From assembly GCA_951406725.2 (NCBI GenBank), contig OX597818.1, positions 26,412,001 through 26,476,000 of the forward strand: a stretch of DNA of 64,000 bases. The letters are read 5' to 3'. Shown piece by piece: positions 1 through 9,004 of this stretch (within the stretch, counting starts at the first letter, position 1; each line of letters opens with the position of its first letter). Both the position numbers and the translations under genes were made by a program. The notes under the pieces are model-generated. The model ran no database searches. It was not told where the DNA came from and was given only the letters and a program-made list of their open reading frames with translations. This stretch comes from Octopus vulgaris (Eukaryota).

Positions 1-1228
1 TGCCAGGTTTAGGAGAGGATATTGAGGCACAGCACAGTGGGGATAACAATAGAAAGTATGGAAGGATTATGAGTGGAAGTGGAATGCAACTCTCTCATTC
101 AGAGAAGAAGATGCTGTTTCAGAAAAGGCACAGAAGAAACAGCACATTTGTAGACTAGTAGGTGTAGAATGTTGGTAAGTAAATGTTTGCTAATCAGCTG
201 GATGGTTGTTTTAGGATGTTAATGTGTATGTGGCAACAACATTGTTCTGTGTAACTGAGCAGTAAAAAAACTAGTCTAAATGTCTTGTCCTTGACCTATT
301 TTGGCATTTTATAGTTGATTACATGTCTTATCATTACACCAAAAAAAAAAGACAAAATGAGGGGGACATTATGTTGATGGTTTATTTCCTCTCATGTGTT
401 TAGTATTATGAACCTATATGATTATGGAGATTATAAATATCAATAAATACCACCAGACACATTTACATTAAATATTAAAAAATAATTTCAGTGAAGCTCC
501 ATAGATATTGCTTAAGGATAATTCTGCATGGAACTGAATAAGAAAAATTAAAAAGTGAAGGAGCAAAAATTAGTTTGTCAAATAGTTAATTGTATCAAGA
601 GCTATATTGAAAATTAGTTTTCTTTTAATTTATTTTCCCCAGTGTTCTATCAGACAATCAATCAAATAAACAACTGATGATGCAGTTACTCAGTCAATCA
701 CTCAATGATTGTTTTGCAAGCACTGAACATTTTAAAATTTTTTATCAAAATTAAAGGAAGAATATAAAGATATCAGACAGAAGTATTTTGACAAACTAGA
801 CAATGGCAATCATCTGCTGCCACCAAGAGGAAATTATTATTGATTTCTTTTGTAAACAGAAGGGTTTCAGAACCTTTTAGGTGATGTAGTAATGTTTGAA
901 TTTTTTTGTTGTTACTGCTTAGCTCCAGGTTAACTTTGTTGAAGTAAACCTATGAGTTGGGGAGTTCTGACTTTATCTAATTTTCAGGTAAAATGCATCT
1001 AAGAATGAATTGCTTTATGGATCCTTCCTTTTGTAAGATGGCAGGGTGTGAATTGTGGGAGATTTAGTTGCTATTCATTGGAGGTTGAGGTTTTTGGGTC
1101 ATTGTACCCTTTTTTAGAGACATTTATATTACAAGACAGATGAAATAGGATTACAGCATAGTAACAACAATCCAGCAAGATAATGGATCTAAAAAACATA
1201 TCAAGAAATATCAAAGGTGATTTTTTTT

Positions 1229-1420
1229 TCTTTTACTTGTTTCAGTCATGGGACTGCATCCATACTGGGACACTGCCTTGAAAGGTTCTGTCAAACAAAA
1301 CAGATCAGTATTTATCTTTTATGTCTGGTACTTATTTTATCTATTTCTTTCACCAAACTACTAAGTTACAGGGACATAAACAAACCAAAACTGGTTGTCA
1401 AGGCACACTCACACACACAT
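1229..1420 (-). mobile_element. tRNA-derived SINE family B, 3' half
   Basis: Reverse complement matches the 3' half of the SINE copies at 45651-46045 and 46230-46582 (gtccc..taacttag..gttcggcaaaag, ccagcatggcc..agtc..atgactgaaacaagtaaaag). Confidence 0.7.
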
Positions 1421-1796
1421 GTATATACATTATTCTTTTCTACTCTAGACACAGAGTGGTTGAGTTCCTTCCTCAACCTTGCACCACGCATTGTAATCCA
1501 TGAGATTATAACTAGGGGAATTAGGAGGTCAAAAATTGGGGCTGGTGAAGTTGTAGAAATTCTTCATCAACCTGTTTTAAACCTTTTCGGAGGAATGGCA
1601 AGAAACTGAATCTTGTTGCCTCACATATAGCCTGCCAGCAGTAACCTTCTCCTGTTAGGGTTTGATTACAGTCTCCAACAGCTTCACACGACGTCTGAAG
1701 TAAGCCTAAGACCTTGTCCAAAAATTTAGGGTATCATGACATCCTCAGAATGTCTGCAGTGTTTCTTCCTGATGGGCATGGAGACTCTTATCTATC

Positions 1797-1925
1797 CACT
1801 CTGATGAAGGAGTCTCTGGATTTTACCAATGACTATTTGCTTCCATTACTGGCTGCAAATTTTTGATGAACTACATCTGCCAACATTATGAAGTAACTCC
1901 AAGCCCCCAGAAACAGCTGTCAGAC
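1797..1925 (+). ncRNA. Degenerate hammerhead-ribozyme-like motif with long stem II insert
   Basis: CTGATGA at 1801; GAAAC-AGCT-GTC at 1910-1921 (palindrome ACAGCTGT). Helix I pairs only 2 bp. Confidence 0.35.
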
Positions 1926-1997
1926 TTGTAATGCCATACCTTGTCCCCTCTAATTCTTTGAGTCTATGTAATCTGAGTAAGTTTACTCTATTGCAAT

Positions 1998-2040
<43 letters not shown>

Positions 2041-2050
2041 CCACCATCAT

Positions 2051-2092
<42 letters not shown>

Positions 2093-2627
2093 TTAACGTC
2101 CGTTTTCCATGCTAGCATGGGTTGGGCAGTTCGACTTGGGTCTGGGAAGCCAGGAGGCTGCACCAGGCTCCAGTCTGATCTGGCAGTGTTTCTACAGCTG
2201 GATGCCCTTCCTAACGCCAACCACTCCATGAGTGTGGTGGGTGTTTTTTACGTGCCACCGGCACAGGGGCCAGAGGTGGCTGGCAAATGGCCACATTCGG
2301 ACGGTGCTTTTTACGTGTCACCGGCACAGGTATCTGAACTACAATTTCCCTTTGATTTTTATTTTGATGTTGGTGTTAATGTACTTGACTCAATAGGTCT
2401 CCTCAAGAACAGCGGGTCACTCTACTATCCAAGGTTAGCATAGCAGGCCGTCCTGCGAGCCATGAACTCACTTTATTTGTCAGGTCTTCACAGCATATCT
2501 CAGAGGTCTTGATATTCGTCATTTCCTCTGTGAGGCCCTACATGCCACCGGCACAGGTATCACAACTGCAATATCCATACAATTTTTATTTTGATGTTGA
2601 TGAACTTGACACAATAGGTCTCCTCAA

Positions 2628-2630
<3 letters not shown>
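1998..2630 (-). mobile_element. RTE LINE 3' end with long (CAT)n tail
   Basis: (CAT)n 1998-2092 followed by tttaacgtccgttttccatgctagcatgggttgg, the reverse complement of the 3' UTR of the RTE at 23090-25298. The other end abuts a (TA)n tract. Confidence 0.85.
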
Positions 2631-2668
<38 letters not shown>

Positions 2669-3139
2669 CTTGATTATTAATCATCTGAAAATTTTTAATC
2701 TGCCTTATCTTTTTACATGTGAAATTCTAACTGAACATCTGAAAAAGTTTTAGCTGTTAAAAAATGCTAACAAAAAGAAACACAAAATCAAATTTAACTA
2801 TAGACATTCATTCAGTCAACCAAGAGTGACGTCTTTCAATAACTAATTTACTTTATAAAAATAAAATATAAAAAATACCATACTAATTCCATATTTTTTG
2901 ACAATTTGAAATTTACATAGAAAAATAAAAACCCTAAAACATTATGTAAAAAATGAATATATTTATCTACAAATATTGATGATGTCACTGGATACTGCAG
3001 ACAGGAATTCTACATAATGCTTAATAGATAACTAAAAAATAAAAGCTACAAACAATAATTCTACCTAATACTTAATAGAAACTTAGATACTTTACATCAC
3101 AATAATTAATTACATATTTATTTATTTAATATAATAAAC

Positions 3140-3660
3140 CTTTCTACAGAAATTAATCTTATTTTATAATAACTGAAAAAATATTGTATTCAACAACATA
3201 CACAACCATCGAAGGCCTCACTAGATAATTAAAAAATAAATATTACCGAAAAGACAACCAAATACTTATTTTTCATTATAATAAGCTCTTATATAAGAGT
3301 TAACCTTATTATATAATAACTGAAAATTATTATAATTAATAATAGTATATTATTGATGACTATGCTGGATACCTAAAGAATAAAAATAACAGATAAGGTA
3401 ACTAAATACCTATTTAAAGGGTATATCACACCCTTTTATAGGAATTAAGGTTATTAGATAATAAGCATAATTAATAAAATAAACAATTCTTGACGATCTC
3501 AGTGGATAGTTAAAGAATAAAAATTATTGATAAGGATTCTATGTTATGTTTAATTGAAGCTTGGATACTTTACATAACTATAATGAAGTACTTACTCATT
3601 ATATTAAACACTTTAATAGGAATTAACGTTATTATATAATGATTAATTAAAAATATATTA
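3140..3660. repeat. Degenerate AT-rich tandem repeat next to a Penelope-like remnant
   Basis: Recurring a(g/a)(g/a)(a/g)ttaa..ttatt..ataat block near 3148, 3296, 3440 and 3618. Confidence 0.45.
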
Positions 3661-3663
3661 TAA

Positions 3664-4560
3664 TTAATAATTGAAATATTTGAATGTCTTTCTAAATTTA
3701 TGGCAATGTCTTAAAGTTAATTGCCCATTAAAATTCAATAAAATTGATTTATAAGTAATTATAGAATATAATTCTTCAAGGCAAAGATCACAAGTAGAAT
3801 TTCCAATATTATACGATGGTGCATAAGTAATAAAGGACCACTTTAAATCATATTTAATATTCTTATCCTTTAAATTCCAAATGTTTTTACTATGGTTAGT
3901 AGAATTACATTTTCTTCTATATTTAAAGCAATTAGAATGATTATAAAATCTAGATTTCCAATTAGTAGCAGAAGAATCAATGTACCAATACTTAAGATAT
4001 CTAGTTATTACTTCAGACTGATACAATATATTTTTCTTTAAATACTGATTACCTAAAGGACATTAAGTTTTGTTTATACAGTTACACATGGATTAAGTCC
4101 ACTTGTAAATTGCCCTCATAGTTATAAGAATATCCACTAGCACCCATCTGTAAAATAGGTGTTAATGTTGGATTATAATAACTATTATTATTAGAATTAA
4201 TATTAGTACAAGGTAAAAGTCTCACTATATTATCAGCATTTTGATAAATTATAGAATCTAAACCTTGTTCCGAATGATTATCAATAACATTAATTTCACT
4301 ATACATATTATCAGTTATACAATTATTTATAGATTTAGAATTGTGATATTTTCTAATTCTCTGTTTATTTTGTACTGCAATAATCTTGGCTAAATTCTAA
4401 GTGATTGAATACAAAAACTTAACACTGTATCTTTTAAATGATTTTCCATATTTACTTGTAGGTAGGAAATACCAATCTAGTGCTGCAAAGAATTTATGAG
4501 GGATATTAGAAGCTATTGAAAATGAAAATGGAGCATTATACCATATAATATTTGTTGAGC
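3664..4560 (-). mobile_element. Penelope-like element remnant (GIY-YIG endonuclease region)
   Basis: ORF 3664-4026: YID..ATNWKSRFYNH..F...STNHSKNIWNLKD...KWS....PSY...CDLCLEE, typical of the PLE GIY-YIG C-terminus. Upstream KFFAALD matches the PLE at 63050-64000. Confidence 0.8.
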
Positions 4561-4579
4561 TATTCTTATTATTATTTCT

Positions 4580-5290
4580 ATTTGACTTGGTTTCTACAGT
4601 TGGATGCTCTTCCTAATGTCAACGACTTTACAGTGTGTGCTGGGTACTTTTAGCATAGTACTGCATGAGTGCCTATAGGTGGCACTAGCATGAGTGCTTT
4701 TTATGCAGTACTAGCACACAAATCTTACAGGCCAGTGCTCTTCACCAGTGAGTGGCCCTAATGCTTCTACTGTGAAGGACATGTCTTCATGAGTACAGCA
4801 AAGTACCAGGTATCTTGATCCTTTGTCATCTCATCTAAAAGGTTCAGCATCCTGAGGTCGTCCTTCAGTAATTCGTCCCACATCTTCCTGAGTCTCCCTC
4901 TTCAACATGATCCATCCACTTTGAGAGATCTGCACTTCTTTATGAAGTTGTTGGTATCCATTCACATCACATGACCAAACCAGCACATTCTTCCCTCTTG
5001 CACACCTCATCTAATTCCCCTTACGCCCAACTTCTCTTTCAATGCATCGGCACTCTGTCGAACATGTACACTTACGTTACACATCCAGCAGAGCATACTA
5101 GCCTCATTTCTCTCTTGCTTTTGCATGTCCTCTGCATTCAGGGCTCATGTCTCACTACCATGTAGAATTGCTGTTCGTATATCATACAATCTTCCTTTCG
5201 CACGAAGAGAGAAACCTTTGGTTGCTAACAAAGGTAAAAGCTCTCTGAATTTTCTCCATCTTATTCTAATTCTTGCTATTACACTCGCTA
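4580..5290 (-). mobile_element. Older RTE LINE 3' fragment
   Basis: Minus strand reads RIRWRKFRELLPLL and GRLRKMWDE, homologous to the RTE ORF C-terminus; disrupted. Confidence 0.75.
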
Positions 5291-5324
5291 TATATACTTT
5301 CATACTTGTATATATATATATATG

Positions 5325-5457
5325 TATATTATATAGAGGGCATTACTATACATAAATGCCACACGCTAGGAGGGACTCTTAAAGTCGGTAGTTTTGACTT
5401 TAAGAGTCCCTTCTAGCGTGTGGCATTTATGTATAGTAATGCCATCTATATAATATA
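5325..5457. repeat. Near-perfect palindrome, ~62-bp arms with 9-nt loop, between (TA)n tracts
   Basis: gcattactatacataaatgccacacgctaggagggactcttaaagtc [ggtagtttt] gactttaagagtcccttctagcgtgtggcatttatgtatagtaatgc. Confidence 0.9.
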
Positions 5458-5639
5458 TATATATATATTTAAGTGAAAAAATTGGTGGATTTTTTCTCTT
5501 ATGAGGTTTTTCACACTAACTGCTTGATAAATTCTTATAAAGATTTTATCCTATTTTTAAATTATATATATATATGTGCGTGTATGTGTATATATATATA
5601 TATACATATATACATACATATATATACATATATATATGC

Positions 5640-5684
<45 letters not shown>

Positions 5685-6105
5685 CATATGCATATCTATC
5701 TATCTATCTATTTACACACACACACAAACACTATACAATATTATATATTATTATAAATCAGTTGCATATAAAAAAAAATCACATGTTTTTTCTAGAAAAT
5801 AGAAAAATTCAACATTATTGGATTTGCATACATAAGGGAATTCCCTTTGGTATTGAGGTATTTTGGAGGAACTAGTATTTCAAACAGATATTTTCAGTAA
5901 AATTGCTTTGAGTATATCCTTATGTAATAAAAACATGGCACTATTTTAATAAAAATATAACTCTTTGGGGGATTGTGAAATAGTTTCAAAAAATAAAGAA
6001 ATTATGTAAAAACAATGAAAATACCATTACTTAGTATGTGTGACCAGAATATCTGACTGTGTAGAATTCAGAATTGAGATTTTTATCATATAAGAGAGTA
6101 GATCT

Positions 6106-6830
6106 ATGAGGTGGTATTAAAAAGTTCCCAGTTTAGCTCTGTACTGCACCAATAGATGGCAGCATGTGGTTGTGTGCACAGTGACAGCTAGCAGTGGTCT
6201 TCATGAGGCAGTGTACTGAGAGACATCACTGTTTATTTTGCAAGTTGGGAAATTTGTGTTTTTATGATCATATGTATACTGTAGTCTGTGATTTTGTCAT
6301 GGACAGGAAGTTGGAGCAAAGAGCCAACGTGAAATTTTGCAATAAACTTGGGAAGTTTACTACAGAGACATTGAGCATGCTTCAGCAAGCTTGTAGTGAT
6401 AAGGTAATGGGTTGTATGCGATGTTTAAATGGCACAAGCATGTCAAAAGTAGAAGAATGTCCCTGGAAGATGACAAGTGATCTGGAAGACCTGCCACAAG
6501 CATCACCAAGCTCTCCTCTCATGAATTTTTCACTAAAAACATGACATCACTACTGCACCCTCCCTATTCACCACATTTAGCATCTGCAGGATTCCGTCTC
6601 TTCCCCAAGGTGAAAATGCATCCCAAAGGTCACTCTTTTAACACTGTTGGCAAGATCCAAAGCAAATTGTAGATCACATGCCAAAGTGGCACCTTTATCT
6701 TGACTCACTTGCAGAAAATGACTTCCAGGCCAGATTCCAAATATAGCAAGAATGCTGAGACCATTGTATCACTGCACAAGATGACTATTTTGAAAGAGAT
6801 GATGTTAAAACTTAGGTAAATAAGTTATTT
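6106..6830 (+). mobile_element. Internally deleted mariner transposon
   Basis: Starts TA-tgaggtggtattaaaaagttcc. N-terminus MDRKLEQRANVKFC..LGK..TET (mariner HTH); C-terminal HPPYSPHLAS..F.LFPKVK. Central DDD region missing. Confidence 0.8.
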
Positions 6831-6934
6831 TGGTGCTACTTTGGCATGTGATCTACAAGGGAAATTACTTTATGTTTCTTTTTAGTTTAATTTTCAATTT
6901 CTAAAAACCTGTAAGATGTTGGCTAAAGATTTTT

Positions 6935-7261
6935 ACAGTTAAAGTCCAAACCACTAATTAGGGATAAATTCTCGAAGGGAATGAAAAATAAAAACATTTA
7001 CCATCTAATTACTAATGCACTTGCGCAGTGAATTTGAAAAAAATTAAAATGTATAAGCAACGAGACACATGCTGGATTGGCCTCATTGTTTATATATTTA
7101 ATCTATGGTGTCCCTGCTGATGAAGACTTCGCCTGGTGAATAATAATTTTTATTTACTAAAATAGGTCAGAAACCATGGTTCAGGAATTAGATGGTAAAT
7201 GTTTTTATTTTTCATTCCCTTTGAGAATTTATCCCTAATTAGTGGTTCGGACTTTAACTGT
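6935..7261. repeat. Inverted-repeat cassette (76-bp arms 6935-7010 / 7186-7261), Penelope pLTR-like
   Basis: acagttaaagtccaaaccactaattagggataaattctc... versus ...gagaatttatccctaattagtggttcggactttaactgt. Confidence 0.85.
7111..7187 (+). ncRNA. Type I hammerhead ribozyme candidate
   Basis: cctg-CTGATGA-agac...gtca-GAAAC-CATG-GTT-cagg. Helix I cctg/cagg; palindromic helix III ACCATGGT; GUU site. Confidence 0.65.
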
Positions 7262-7418
7262 TCTTTCTAGCATAAAGGATTCCTATGATGGAAGCCTCTT
7301 AATGTGTTTTAATGTACACTGTATTTTATATGAATAATATATAGTCTATTGACTAATTTTTCTATACACTAGGCCACTTGTAGTAAAAATTTCTAAAATC
7401 TTTATTACCCTGATATTA

Positions 7419-7529
<111 letters not shown>

Positions 7530-7549
7530 CACATATATATATATATATA

Positions 7550-7584
<35 letters not shown>

Positions 7585-7770
7585 GCCATGATAGATCGTT
7601 AGCTACTACACACATTTTTTTTCTCTCCTTGTTTCTCTCTTTGTTTTTTCTGTGTACCTTTCTGTAGAAGAGTGTAGGCTTGAAATATAAAAGACTTTTT
7701 CTATTCCTGAGCGCTATACTAATACACCACCTGCCTTCATCTTTGTTTATTTTCGTAAACTTTCCTTTTA
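7585..7770 (+). mobile_element. Penelope pLTR-like short repeat with degenerate minimal hammerhead (7658-7693)
   Basis: cttt-CTGTAGA-agagtgtaggctt-GAAA-tata-aaag, same layout as 16311-16345; flanked by TA/CA microsatellites. Confidence 0.45.
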
Positions 7771-7850
7771 TATATATATATATATATACACACACACGCA
7801 TGCATGCACACACATGCACACGTGCACACACACACACACACACACATACA

Positions 7851-8876
7851 TGGTTAATGAGAATGGAAGATGGACAATATGAGAGTTTTCCATTAATCAC
7901 TACAATTGTTTCAACACATCTAGTATCGATTTCTCATGGGTGGGATACTTAACAATTAGTTCAGAAGCATCCGAGAATGCAGATGTGTCTCTTTGGGTGA
8001 TAAACAGATACAACTCTGCTCTGAGGAATCCTTGTCTATTCTGTGGACCAATGAAAAGATCATTAATAGAATTTCTTAAAGACTCTCAAGATGCTTACAT
8101 GCATATAAATGCACTTTCGCACAATGCAGTGAGAATGCCTTTGAATAACTATTAACGTAATCCACCATAAGGTAGGGATGAATTAAATTTGGCTCCCCAT
8201 TCTTATAAACACCAAGTAGCTATTTAACTCACTATGAGAATGTATGTGTACCAAATCACATGCTTACATCTTTGTGGCTGTTTGTATGAGCGAGTGTACA
8301 TGTATCATACAAGCTACGTGAAGGTGTTTATACATCCATATTCATTAATGATTATATTTAATACATTTTTAGCTGTGTTGCGTTGGCTTCTTTTTTTGCA
8401 TCTGTTGGTGGCGAGCTGGCAGTAATGTTAGCATGCCGGGCAAAATGCGTAGCTGTATTTCGTCTGTCGTTACGTTCCGAGTTCAAATTCCGCCAAGGTC
8501 GACTTTGCCTTTCATCCTTTTGGGGTCGATAAATTAAGTACCAGTTACACACTGGGGTCGATGTAATCGACTTAATCCCTTTGTCTGCCCTTGTTTGTCC
8601 CCTCTGTGTTTAGCCCCTTGTGAGTAGTAAAGAAAAAAAAATTATTGATCTTCTATATAAATGAAGCTATATCCTTCAATTTGCTGCTTTTCTTCTCAAG
8701 AACTGAGAGGATACATTGTGGAACTGTTATTTTAAAGAGTTATATCTGCACCACCAGTTCCTCCTGAACCATTTGTTAAGTATCCCATCTGTGAAGGATC
8801 GATGCTAGATGTGTTGAAACAATTGTAGTGATTAATAAAAACTTTCATATCTTCCATCTTCTGTCTCTCATTAACC
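7851..8876. mobile_element. Penelope-like remnant bracketed by ~145-bp inverted repeats (7851-7995 / 8734-8876)
   Basis: Arms are imperfect reverse complements and resemble 62445-62610. 8010-8340 matches the reverse complement of the PLE 3' end at 62780-63130. Confidence 0.7.
8407..8636 (+). mobile_element. tRNA-derived SINE family A (CORE-like)
   Basis: ggtggcgagctggcag A-box head, gagttcaaattcc B-box, gactttgcctttcatcctttggggtcgataaattaagtacc core, A-rich end. Confidence 0.85.
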
Positions 8877-9004
8877 GGATACATAACGAACACTGTGAAA
8901 GTGACTGTGCTTTACCAGTAAAGTAACAGGTATAAACCATTTGTTTTATTATCTACTATCTAATAATATATAAATATATATACATATATATATTTATTTT
9001 TATT

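Noticed and set aside
1931-2443. 170-aa poly-His ORF
   Set aside because: Translation of the (CAT)n tail and antisense 3' UTR of an RTE LINE.
8407-8490. tRNA-like A/B boxes here and in other SINE heads
   Set aside because: They continue into SINE bodies and lack a full cloverleaf; not tRNA genes.
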